Source: Rhodothermales bacterium (GTDB taxonomy: Bacteria > Bacteroidota > Rhodothermia > Rhodothermales > Bin80). Taken from it: a stretch of DNA of 64,000 bases. A program made the position numbers and the translations under genes. The notes beneath the pieces are model-generated. The model saw only the letters and a program-made list of their open reading frames with translations. It ran no database searches and was not told the DNA's origin. The DNA lies in the NCBI GenBank assembly GCA_965220365.1, contig OZ244823.1, forward strand, positions 1,300,361 to 1,364,360, in the 5' to 3' direction. Of this stretch, positions 1 to 8,952 are shown in pieces (the stretch's first letter is position 1; every line of letters begins with the position of its first letter).

Positions 1-144
1 GTCAATAGCCAAGCGCAACGCCTCAATGTGCGTCTCATTCACGTTTGCCTGACGGGCATGTTTCACGACGAAATTTCGCACCTTCGCCAGTTGTCGTGTT
101 TCGCTGGGTACAACGAGTGTATGAGTAATGGACGCGCGGCCCAT
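1..144 (-). CDS. Anti-sigma regulatory factor / serine kinase (RsbW/SpoIIAB-like); N-terminal part only, the gene runs off the left edge
   Basis: Not in the ORF track. A minus-strand ATG at 144, 2 nt past the STAS gene stop, translates MGRASITHTLVVPSETRQLAKVRNFVVKHARQANVNETHIEALRLAID. This is the typical N-terminus of partner-switching HATPase kinases, and it sits directly downstream of a STAS gene. Confidence 0.55.
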   Translation of the reverse strand, partial: MGRASITHTLVVPSETRQLAKVRNFVVKHARQANVNETHIEALRLAID

Positions 145-146
145 GG

Positions 147-524
147 CTAGTTCCCCTGTATTGGTTGAATCCCTTGTTTGAAGAGGGACAGGGCCTCTTC
201 CTCTGTTTCGACGATATGGTAGATCTTGGGGAATCCCAGAAGGTCAAATACATCGAAAATTTTCGGTTTCAGGGCGCATATTTTGATGTCCCCGCCTAAA
301 GTGCGGATTTCTTCAATAAATGCCATAAATACGCCGAGCCCTGCACTGGAGATGTAGTCAAGTTCACTCCCATTTACGATGAGGTTCGACTTTCCCTCAT
401 CCCGACATTTTTTAATGGCAGACTCCAGTTCGGGGGCTGTATGGGCATCTAGCTCTCCACATACAGCCAATATGGTGGCAGTACCAGCATCCCGGAATGC
501 AACAGAAAAATTACTCATAGGCAA
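147..524 (-). CDS. STAS-domain anti-sigma-factor antagonist (SpoIIAA/RsbV-like)
   Basis: 125 aa. It has the ...LDYISSAGLGVF... phosphorylatable-serine motif and typical STAS length and layout. Confidence 0.85.
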   Translation of the reverse strand: MPMSNFSVAFRDAGTATILAVCGELDAHTAPELESAIKKCRDEGKSNLIVNGSELDYISSAGLGVFMAFIEEIRTLGGDIKICALKPKIFDVFDLLGFPKIYHIVETEEEALSLFKQGIQPIQGN

Positions 525-554
525 TTGCAGTCAATAGTAGGTAATGGTCTTAAG

Positions 555-2705
555 TTAAAGCAAGGGGTTGTCTTCGGCATCATGCATTACAGGTTCAGAG
601 CCATGCCACTTGATGATCAATAAGGTGAGATCATCAACATACTTTTTTTCTGGTCCTATGAATTCGTCTACCGTTTGACGTACAGCATCATGTACTCCCT
701 GCGCACGCTCGTATCGGGCAGACTGAATACTTTGCAGGAGGCGGTCATATCCAAACTCTTCCCCTTCAGGGTTTCGGCTTTCGGTCACGCCATCGGTATA
801 CAGGGCAACCAAGTCGCCAGGATTGAATACGTGCTGCTTAACCTCCAGTGTCTGAGCAAATAATTCACTGCGATCCAACCCGATTCCTAATCCGCCGGAT
901 CGTAAAAGCGTTGTACGGCCGGTCACATCTACAAATGCCGCAGGGGAGTGCCCCGCACGTGCAATGGAGATCGCGCCGGAGTTGCAGTCAAGGATCCCAT
1001 AAATCGCGGTTACGAAAACATTTTTTTCCAGTGATCGCCCCAATGCTTTGTTCACATGACAGAGAAAATCATGAGGATCTGGAGCAATTTGGGCTACCGC
1101 TTGAAAAATCCCTTGCATTTCAGCCATGTAGAATGCTGCCGAGGTACCCTTACCTGAGACATCTGCAATAATAAAGGCTAATTTTTCCTCACCCAATTCA
1201 AAGAGATCATAATAGTCCCCGCCAACTTCCTGGGCTGGGGTACTAGAGGCCGCCAGACTCAGGGTAGAGAATTTGGGCATTGCCTGAGGTAGCAGGCGTC
1301 GCTGCACATCACGTGCAATAGCAAGCTCACTTGCCAGGCGTTCACGCTCAAATTTTGCTTCCAAAAGACGGACATTTTCGAGTACGAGCGTTGCCTGTGA
1401 TGCAAAGACACCAATGGATTCAATGTCTTCATTCTCGAAAGCATGGGCAACATCGCGAGAAACAAACAGGGTTCCAAGCACCTCGGTGCGAGTTACGAGT
1501 GGAACCGCTAACAAGCTCATGATTCCGCCTGATTTACCTCTCTGGGTTCTGCGGTCAGAGGATGTATTTTGAATGGAAACCAAAGCACATCTTCTTGCAG
1601 CTTCACCGTGGATAGCATCCACGTCACATACGTCATCCGCAAGCGATGCATCGATGTTTTGTGCAGCTACAATTTGGGATTTCAGGGACCCGGACTCCAA
1701 TTCCTGTATGGTCAGCCATGCTGCTTTTCCATGCCCCGAGTCGACGGGTGTTGAGACAACCCAGTGGTAGAGTTTTTCAGGATCTGTGACTTCACGCACC
1801 AAAACCGTGAGTGCCTGCATAGCAGCCATCTCATCCACACTTCGCTGATAGTCTCCAATAGTGGGCAAATGGAAAATTAGGGAGAGCACGGAGGTCAGCG
1901 CGTAGACAAACCCAAAGGTGATGCAGAGAACAATGATAGCCGTGAGTGGGAGGCTGTAAAAAATCAGGTATTCAATGGGAGGGGACAACTCAGTGATTGA
2001 ACTCAGGGCCAAATCAGGTCTGAACAGAAGTAGTAAAGTGGCGGCAGTCAAACAAACCACGGCAATGCCTAAGCCGAGTGCTCCCATCTTCTGCTTCACA
2101 GGCAGGCGGATAATCCATGCAAGACGGATCGTATTCAAAAAAATGAATAGGATTGAAGCAATGGTTGTCAGGCCTAAAAGAATAGCCAAGGGGGCATCGA
2201 CGGGGGAGGATGAGACATCAAAATGATGATGGAATGGGGCGATAACCACGGAAGTGAGACCGACAGAAAGGATCAGTAGATACCAATTGCGCTCACTTCG
2301 TCGGGTGCGTCGAAACCGGACCAAGCGTCCGAATCGCTGGACCAAAATGAAGCTCAGTCCAGCGAGGACCATACTTAAAAGAGCACCCTTAACATGGACG
2401 ATCGGGGCGGCAGGGATATTGGCTTCTAAAAAATCCCCCGGAATCTGTAAGATCAGAACGACCAAAACACAGACAGGCAGGATGGTTAGAATTATGTGCC
2501 AGAATATTTGAGCGGGTGTTGGGCGTGAGTTCCGAGTCGCATGTGCAATGGTAATCCACAAGCAAAGAAAACAGACTGCCAATGCTGCCTGATAGAGAAT
2601 TTTCGTGCTCACCAGAGCCGCGTCGCCGACACCGTCCATAAAGGCAAAGATGATCGTGCCGCAGAAAAACAGAGCAAATGTAATAGGGGGAATCCAGCGC
2701 CACAA
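555..2705 (-). CDS. Multi-pass membrane sensor with GAF-like region and C-terminal PP2C/SpoIIE-type serine phosphatase (RsbU-like)
   Basis: 716 aa. The N-terminal ~290 aa is strongly hydrophobic with multiple TM segments. The C-terminus has the SpoIIE motifs GGDYYDLF, IADVSGKGTSAAFYMA and YTDGVTE. Confidence 0.85.
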   Translation of the reverse strand: MWRWIPPITFALFFCGTIIFAFMDGVGDAALVSTKILYQAALAVCFLCLWITIAHATRNSRPTPAQIFWHIILTILPVCVLVVLILQIPGDFLEANIPAAPIVHVKGALLSMVLAGLSFILVQRFGRLVRFRRTRRSERNWYLLILSVGLTSVVIAPFHHHFDVSSSPVDAPLAILLGLTTIASILFIFLNTIRLAWIIRLPVKQKMGALGLGIAVVCLTAATLLLLFRPDLALSSITELSPPIEYLIFYSLPLTAIIVLCITFGFVYALTSVLSLIFHLPTIGDYQRSVDEMAAMQALTVLVREVTDPEKLYHWVVSTPVDSGHGKAAWLTIQELESGSLKSQIVAAQNIDASLADDVCDVDAIHGEAARRCALVSIQNTSSDRRTQRGKSGGIMSLLAVPLVTRTEVLGTLFVSRDVAHAFENEDIESIGVFASQATLVLENVRLLEAKFERERLASELAIARDVQRRLLPQAMPKFSTLSLAASSTPAQEVGGDYYDLFELGEEKLAFIIADVSGKGTSAAFYMAEMQGIFQAVAQIAPDPHDFLCHVNKALGRSLEKNVFVTAIYGILDCNSGAISIARAGHSPAAFVDVTGRTTLLRSGGLGIGLDRSELFAQTLEVKQHVFNPGDLVALYTDGVTESRNPEGEEFGYDRLLQSIQSARYERAQGVHDAVRQTVDEFIGPEKKYVDDLTLLIIKWHGSEPVMHDAEDNPLL

Positions 2706-2893
2706 ACGCTTGAACAGTACAACGAGGGCTTTTCTTGAAAGAACTCTGGAAAAACTGATTTGGGTACCCCGTTAATAAAGTGCCTGGAACAAGTTATTAC
2801 CTAACTTGGAAAAAATTGTTACAGACAGGTAGAGAGAGCAACTTTGCTACGGGAGTTACCGTAAGGGCCTGTATGTAGTCATACTTCACGATC

Positions 2894-4236
2894 ATGAGTA
2901 ATTGGAGTCGGTTTCAGGTCATCTTATTAGTGTTCTTGGGTTTCCTGATAGTCGTGAGGCTCTTTTCTGAGTCCCCACCACCGCATGGAGCGATCATGCT
3001 CTCCGACCTTGATGTTCGTGAACTAAAACAGCAGGCTTTTCAGGTCTCAGGACCTTTGCAGGTTGTTATTGATGCAGTTGGCTCCATTGATGAACGTCAA
3101 GGAGCAACTGGGCTGGCAGCATATTCCTGGATCATTCGTGCTCATACGGGAGAAGTTATGTGGTCCATGAATGCCGCGAATACGAGACAGGACGGGTCTA
3201 TCGCTTATGTGGATGAAGAGGAATTGGTGCTGGACTCAGGTTCGTACATTTTAAATTTTGCCTCGTACGGTCAGCTTCAACGTCGTTCAAATTTGACGTT
3301 TCGAAAGGATCGCCGAAAGTGGCGCGTGATCATTCATTCACCGGATAATAAAGATGCGCTACGAACGATCACACGTCCGTTAGGAGGCAACTCTGACAAT
3401 AAGACATGGGATGCCGTATCTCTGCGCGGTGAAGAAAGAGAGAGATTCTTTTTGAAGTTCATCGTCCTGCAGAATTTGAGATTCATGCGATCGGCCAACT
3501 AGGCAGCCAGGACGAGGTGCAGCCGGTAGATTACTCACGCATTGAGGATGCAGTGAGTGGGCACATAGTATGGCAGCTTTCCCGAGATAATACAGACTGG
3601 GCAGGAGGGATACAAGAAAATCGAGTTTTTCAAGGCCAACGTGTTTTCTCCCCGGGTGTCTATCGTGCCATTGCAGTGACAAACAGCGCGCATCACTACG
3701 GTAGTTGGGTGGGGAATCCTCCGTTTTATCCTCAGGGATGGGGGTTACACATAAGCACCTCCGATACAGAAGATGTTTCTACGTTTGATCCCTGGATGCA
3801 GCGTGATCCGATCATCCGTATCACCCAGGTTGGGGATGATGAGCAGCATGTACAGCCTTTCATCGTGGAGGATACGGCGGCGGTGGTACTCTATGCTTTA
3901 GGAGAGATTACAGGTCCTGATAATGGATATGATATCGCATGGCTGGAAAAGCAGGAAAGTACAGGAGAATCAAGAATACAGTGGCAGATGTCCTATGACA
4001 GTTCTGTACATGCAGGTGGGGCTTCAAAGAATCGAAAGGAGATTGAATTTCTCAGGCTGGCGCCTGGAGTCTACAGACTGCATTATGAATCGGACGGTTC
4101 TCACGCGTACGATGACTGGAATTCAGGTGAGCCTGACTATCCTGAGCGATGGGGAGTTGCAATGTTTCCAGTCCAGAGGCAAGGTGCTGCAATCACAGTT
4201 GGGGCGTCCTCTGGGGTTTCCACTGTCTCCCAATAA
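2894..4236 (+). pseudogene. Membrane-anchored or secreted protein of unknown function built from three ~140-aa internal repeats, split by a frameshift into ORFs 2894..3502 and 3517..4236
   Basis: The N-terminal hydrophobic segment is MSNWSRFQVILLVFLGFLIVV. The repeat motif F-x-V..(I/Y)xA(V/I/L)G recurs as FQVSGPLQVVIDAVG, FEVHRPAEFEIHAIG and FIVEDTAAVVLYALG. The motif GxYxL..S.G..Y..W....P..WG also recurs. The second copy of the first motif lies in frame 1 upstream of the ORF2 start, and frame 1 is open from 3433. Confidence 0.6.
3437..3444. repeat. (AG)4 dinucleotide run at the frameshift site
   Basis: The sequence gaagaaAGAGAGAGattc lies where the reading frame must change from frame 2 to frame 1. 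Loss of one AG unit would fuse the two ORFs. Confidence 0.6.
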
Positions 4237-4323
4237 CAACCGATCTTCAGAGGTTTTGTACCTTTGTGGTGGCTCAGAATCGTGAGTATTCGTCTATTTG
4301 GAAGATCATTATTGAGGTAGAGC

Positions 4324-5298
4324 TTGAAGCTTGCAACTATTGACGTCGGGACAAACGCTGCAAAGCTTCTGATCTCTGAGTTGACTTCCAGTGGCAAATT
4401 GAAACCACTTGTGGAAGAGCGGCGAATGATTCGGCTTGGAGAAGGGGTAGATGCGCACGGCATTCTAAGAGAAGCGGCCGTCGAACGTCTTGTTCAGGCA
4501 TTACAGAGATTTCGTTCCACAGCGGGGCATTGGCAAGTGGAGAGGTGCGTTGTAGCAGGAACCAGTGCTTCTCGGGATACGGGCGATAAAATTGTTGCGA
4601 TCGTAAGAGAACGAACGGGATTGCACTATGAGATACTCTCGGGAGATCAGGAAGCAGATTTGAGCTATGAAGGGGCAGTTTCGGGGCTGCCCAATGTTGT
4701 GGATAGGATCGTCACATGTGATATAGGTGGTGGCTCGACAGAAATTGTTGAAGGAATGCCGGATGGTCACATCCTTCAGCGATTCAGTTTGGATATCGGC
4801 TCCGTACGTATTAAAGAACGATATTTTTCTTCGCAGCCGCCTGATCCCAAGGAACTGAAAGGGGCCACAGAATTCATTAAAAAATCGTTGGCTGAGCTAC
4901 CTTTTTCGGGAAGTCAAACAGGGCTCCTCGTCGGTGCATCAGATGTACATCGCCTTTTACTGGAGTTGCAACATGAATTAACTTCGGGAGAACTTCCGAT
5001 AAAATTTGACAGATCGAACCCGAATTGGAAACAGCTCCAGGTGAAAGAGGAGCACCCGGATAAACTCTCATGTATTCAGGTTCAGTGTTGGCTGGAGCTC
5101 TTGACTCCTATGACAACGTATGATGTTCTAGCTCTGAACCCGGAAAAGCTCCGAGGCAGGGCTGATGTATTCCCTGCTGCGATCTTGATTTTCCTGGAAG
5201 TGATGAACGCGCTGAGACAAGAATCAATCACAGTAAGTCCGTGGGGGCTATGTCATGGTATGGCATTGAGAATTTTCAAGACGGGTGTAGTAAAGTAG
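4324..5298 (+). CDS. Ppx/GppA-family phosphatase (exopolyphosphatase / guanosine pentaphosphate phosphohydrolase)
   Basis: 324 aa. The N-terminus KLATIDVGTNAAKLLISE is the ASKHA phosphate-1 motif. The internal DIGGGSTE motif is typical of Ppx/GppA. TTG start. Confidence 0.8.
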   Translation: MKLATIDVGTNAAKLLISELTSSGKLKPLVEERRMIRLGEGVDAHGILREAAVERLVQALQRFRSTAGHWQVERCVVAGTSASRDTGDKIVAIVRERTGLHYEILSGDQEADLSYEGAVSGLPNVVDRIVTCDIGGGSTEIVEGMPDGHILQRFSLDIGSVRIKERYFSSQPPDPKELKGATEFIKKSLAELPFSGSQTGLLVGASDVHRLLLELQHELTSGELPIKFDRSNPNWKQLQVKEEHPDKLSCIQVQCWLELLTPMTTYDVLALNPEKLRGRADVFPAAILIFLEVMNALRQESITVSPWGLCHGMALRIFKTGVVK

Positions 5299-5476
5299 CC
5301 GCAGACATGAAAGAGTGATCAAACTTGAAGCTGTGTTGACTACTACATGGGAAAATGCACATAGCGAATCAGGACAGTATGCCCGGTATCAACAGGAATC
5401 GGATTTCCCTATTTTTGTGGAGAGAAGACGTTAGAAATGCAAATCAACTCATCGAATCATTGATGTATGGAGAGGA

Positions 5477-6556
5477 ATGAATCGAAAAGCGATCAGACGT
5501 AAGGCTGTTTATCAGACCTTGAGCAGGATACGTGACCCGGAGCGGGACAGCGACATTACCCGGCTTGGCTCTGTAAAGGATGTCGTGATTGATGGCCGAT
5601 CCATCGCATTCAAGCTTTCTATTTCCCAGCCGGAGAATACATTTTCCAAAACGGTTGCCCAGCAGTGTAGAGAAGCGATTCGGTCTGAGTTTGGGGAGGA
5701 TGTGGAGGTTCAAATTGAGTTGACCTATTCCAAGGGGCGTGCAAAGCAGGTAAAGCTCGGAGCCCGGCATATGATCGCCATTGCTTCAGGTAAGGGGGGC
5801 GTTGGCAAAAGTACTGTAGCAACGAATATCGCCGTAGCTCTTGCAGCGGAAGGTTATCGGACGGGACTGGTAGACACAGATATCTACGGCCCAAGTGTTC
5901 CGGTGATGTTTGGGCTGGAGGGAGAAAAACCGCGTGTCAATGATCAACGAAAAATCGTTCCAATCATCAAACACGGTGTGCATGTACTTTCAATGGGGTT
6001 ATTAGTGGATGATTCTGAAGCCGTGATTTGGCGTGGCCCAATGGTCTCCGGGGCTGTTCGACAGTTTCTGAATGATGCGGAGTGGGGAGATCTTGATTTT
6101 CTTTTGCTGGATTTGCCGCCGGGTACGGGGGATATTCAGCTTACGATTGTGCAGACTGTTAAGTTAGCCGGTGCCGTCATTGTCTCAACGCCACAGAAAG
6201 TGGCTCTGACGGATGCAAGGAAAGGCTTGGTGATGTTTTCGAAGGTAAATGTGCCCGTTCTTGGGATTATTGAGAACATGGCTTGGTTTACCCCAGCAGA
6301 TCTTCCCGAGCGCAAGTATTTTCTTTTTGGAGATGGTGGAGCTGACCGTCTTGCAACCGAAACCGGTATTCCACTGCTCGGTAAGATTCCTTTGGAAGAA
6401 CCTCTGCGGGTTTCAGGTGACGAGGGACGCCCGATTGTGTTATCAGCGCCTTCTAGTGGAGCTGCCCAGGCGTTCCGATCTATTGCAGATAGGATCGTCA
6501 CGTCATTGGCAGAGAGGGAAACTTCTCCTGTATCTCCACTTATTGAGTATCAATAG
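5477..6556 (+). CDS. apbC: Mrp/ApbC/NBP35-family Fe-S cluster carrier ATPase
   Basis: 359 aa. It has an N-terminal DUF59-like segment, the deviant Walker A IASGKGGVGKSTVATNIA, and the ENM...CxxC-region layout of the family. Confidence 0.9.
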   Translation: MNRKAIRRKAVYQTLSRIRDPERDSDITRLGSVKDVVIDGRSIAFKLSISQPENTFSKTVAQQCREAIRSEFGEDVEVQIELTYSKGRAKQVKLGARHMIAIASGKGGVGKSTVATNIAVALAAEGYRTGLVDTDIYGPSVPVMFGLEGEKPRVNDQRKIVPIIKHGVHVLSMGLLVDDSEAVIWRGPMVSGAVRQFLNDAEWGDLDFLLLDLPPGTGDIQLTIVQTVKLAGAVIVSTPQKVALTDARKGLVMFSKVNVPVLGIIENMAWFTPADLPERKYFLFGDGGADRLATETGIPLLGKIPLEEPLRVSGDEGRPIVLSAPSSGAAQAFRSIADRIVTSLAERETSPVSPLIEYQ

Positions 6557-6573
6557 ACTCAAAAATTCGTGCT

Positions 6574-6831
6574 GTGATGTCCAGATATGATCCAAATATG
6601 GATGCCGACCTTCGCCAGAAAATAGAAGATGGACTTGATTCAATTCGTCCTTATCTTGTTGCTGATGGTGGGGAGGTTCAGCTACACAGAATCACAGATG
6701 ACATGGTTGTGGAACTTAAGTTACTCGGTGCCTGTGGTACATGTCCGATGAGTACCATGACATTACGTGCGGGGATTGAGCAGGCATTGCGGCATGCTGT
6801 GCCACAAATTTCACGAGTGGATGCAGTGTAA
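6574..6831 (+). CDS. NifU C-terminal-domain (Nfu-like) Fe-S scaffold protein
   Basis: 85 aa with the LLGACGTCPMSTMTL CxxC motif of the NifU/Nfu C-terminal domain. It lies adjacent to apbC. Confidence 0.85.
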   Translation: MMSRYDPNMDADLRQKIEDGLDSIRPYLVADGGEVQLHRITDDMVVELKLLGACGTCPMSTMTLRAGIEQALRHAVPQISRVDAV

Positions 6832-6876
6832 GGTGCTAACATAGTAGGACATCAGAAAACACAAACTCAGAATAAG

Positions 6877-7650
6877 ATGAATCAAAAAGGACTTTTGGCA
6901 GGCATTCTAGCCCTGACCGTTTTTATTGGACTGCAGCCTTTGTCTGCTTCCGCACAGATGGAATTTCAATATCAGAGGGGTAGCCTGTTGAATCCATTCT
7001 CAGGACGTCATCATGCAACGAACATCCTAACGTTCCAGCACGCAGGTAGCTGGAAGCTGGGGCGGACTTTTTTCTTCATTGACTTTTTGGATGATGACTC
7101 GGATGATGGATTTAACGATAGAGATTTTTATGGAGAGTGGTATCCATCGTTGAGTTTCAGCAAGCTCTTTGGTCAGGACATCAAGATAGGCCCCATCGTA
7201 GACGTTTCCGCGGTTGGTGGCTTGAACTTTGATGGAGATGTCAACGTTCTCAAGTTTTTGCCAGGTGTGCAGCTTTCGTGGAATATCCCTGGATTTATCT
7301 TCGTGAATACGGATTTCGCCGCAATCGTGGATCACAGTGACGGAACACAACATGATACTGGATTCATGTTTGATATCAGTTGGCTCAAGGTAATCAATAT
7401 TGGGAGCCAGTCTTTTTCATTCATGGGCCATGCCGAGTACATCAGTGCAGTAGAGCGCAAGGACAACGGGGGAACGATTGAAGCATGGATCTTGGCGCAG
7501 CCACAGCTGGTATGGGATGTGGGCAATCTATTCAAGTCACCAAACTGGCTTCATGTGGGAGTCGAGCTTCAGTATTGGTCGAACAAACTGGGAGTTGATG
7601 GGCAGGATGAATTTCGCCCCGAGCTTCTGGTTATCTGGCGGATGCAGTGA
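6877..7650 (+). CDS. Outer-membrane beta-barrel protein, Tsx/OmpK-like (possible nucleoside channel family)
   Basis: 257 aa with the signal peptide MNQKGLLAGILALTVFIGLQPLSASAQ. Alternating aromatic/hydrophilic beta-strand patterning and DFYGEWYP/..YWSNKLG motifs recall the Tsx family. No search was run. Confidence 0.5.
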   Translation: MNQKGLLAGILALTVFIGLQPLSASAQMEFQYQRGSLLNPFSGRHHATNILTFQHAGSWKLGRTFFFIDFLDDDSDDGFNDRDFYGEWYPSLSFSKLFGQDIKIGPIVDVSAVGGLNFDGDVNVLKFLPGVQLSWNIPGFIFVNTDFAAIVDHSDGTQHDTGFMFDISWLKVINIGSQSFSFMGHAEYISAVERKDNGGTIEAWILAQPQLVWDVGNLFKSPNWLHVGVELQYWSNKLGVDGQDEFRPELLVIWRMQ

Positions 7651-8120
7651 GCTTTCTCGTGGTGAAGGAGAGCTTCTGATTTCGTTGACCCCGATCGAAT
7701 AAATTCCGTTTGACGCTCTTGACCAACTCGGTGACGATTTCACCTGTTATTTGCTGATATCGGCTGATCTAAACGCGGAACGTGGACTCGAATCTTGGGA
7801 GTTCCTTGATGTCGATGCACTGTCATTATGGTGATGTTCTAAAGTGTCATTTTCCTCCGGCTCATGTTTTTGAGCATGTCCATGCGTGACCTGTAGGGAT
7901 CATTGATTTTGACATGGCACAGCGATACAGTCCCAGATTTTGTTGCAGTGCTGGGCTGTTTTGGCTATCATATGTGGAGGTGACGCCCACCCGGATGATT
8001 CGTAGCTGGATTGGGTTGCGTATCTGGTTTGGGAGATGATGTTTTTGTGGCTGTATCCGTGATTGTGGTCTACGATGCCCTAAAGTCGGTGGGCATGCAC
8101 GCTTACTGATGTAGTACTCT

Positions 8121-8859
8121 GGCTCCTCCCCTTTATCAGTCGGTATAATCATCTCCGAACGTCTTCGGGATATAGATCAAGTCCTCCCAGATGGAAGTAA
8201 ATAGCGTTGGCAAATCGTTTTTTTTTGTTGCGAAAGCCTCGACTGCGCATTTTGACGGTTTTGATTCGACTGTTGATGCCTTCCGCGGGCCCATTGCTCA
8301 CCTTCAGGATGATCGTATCAATCGCGTTCCAACTCACACCCATCAGACGCGCCACCGCCAACACACTCGGCTCCTGCAGCCAATCCATTACCAGAGACTC
8401 AAACTCCACCGCAAACCGAGCGTTCGGTTCTGCCCATGGAATCGATACCGAACACATTCCATGCTCAGGAAACTCTACACATGGAAGACCTGCAACCACC
8501 ATCGTGCGGTACGCACACATATCCAGATGGCCCATTGCCGACGACGCTTATCATAATCTGGACATATGGCATCATACTCAGGGCACCTCAATGGGTGGAC
8601 TGCTTTGCAGGTTACCTGGATCTGCACTTCCCGCGCCTTATGCGCAATTGTCACATCGGGAACCTCCCACGGAGAATGAATGCCGAACAGGCGGCTGATA
8701 CCCTTCGGTCGTACTGACAGATAGTTGATGAGAATGTAGTGGAAAATAAAATCGTGATGAAATACCCGGAACAAGCAAGAAATGGGCGTGAATTCCACTC
8801 ACATTCCTTACATGTACAACAGGCCCCAACATTCTACCCATGCAAATGGGGGAAGAGCC
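8121..8859 (-). mobile_element. ISL3-family element, internally deleted and frameshifted derivative (non-autonomous)
   Basis: The terminal sequences are GGCTCCTCCCCTTTATCAGTCGG (8121-8143) and, inverted, ...ggggaagagcc (ends 8859), matching the GGCTCTTC-type ISL3 inverted repeats. The element encloses transposase remnants. Confidence 0.7.
8149..8798 (-). pseudogene. ISL3 transposase pseudogene: N-terminal zinc-finger/HTH region joined to the extreme C-terminus, with the DDE core missing and one frameshift
   Basis: ORF 8475..8798 gives ...CPEYDAICPDYDKRRRQW. ORF 8149..8535 gives GHLDMCAYRT..VEFPEHG..VPWAEPNARF..SWNAIDTII then jumps straight to SNGPAEGINSRIKTVKMRSRGFRN...GGLDLYP, the ISL3 C-terminal signature. 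Confidence 0.7.
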
Positions 8860-8952
8860 ATATTTTGAGACTTGGCAGCATTTTTTACGCCTTTTTTGTG
8901 CCAATTCCCATTTTTATTTTGTATAATTCCAGAATCACTTCAATTTTTCAAA

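Noticed and set aside
35-253. A 72-aa minus-strand ORF overlapping the STAS gene end.
   Set aside because: It overlaps two better-supported genes (the STAS gene and the partial RsbW-like kinase) in another frame and has no motif.
7862-8152. A 96-aa minus-strand ORF next to the ISL3 end.
   Set aside because: It has no motif or ribosome-binding context and runs from flanking DNA into the IS terminal repeat. It was treated as non-coding spacer.
8191-8717. Plus-strand ORFs 8191..8556, 8207..8698 and 8436..8717.
   Set aside because: They are antisense to the recognisable ISL3 transposase remnants, and their translations are low-complexity.
8872-8952. An upstream extension of the amt ORF (start at 8872).
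   Set aside because: The extension begins only 13 nt from the IS end and adds a non-conserved-looking peptide. The ATG at 8953 gives the usual Amt N-terminus.
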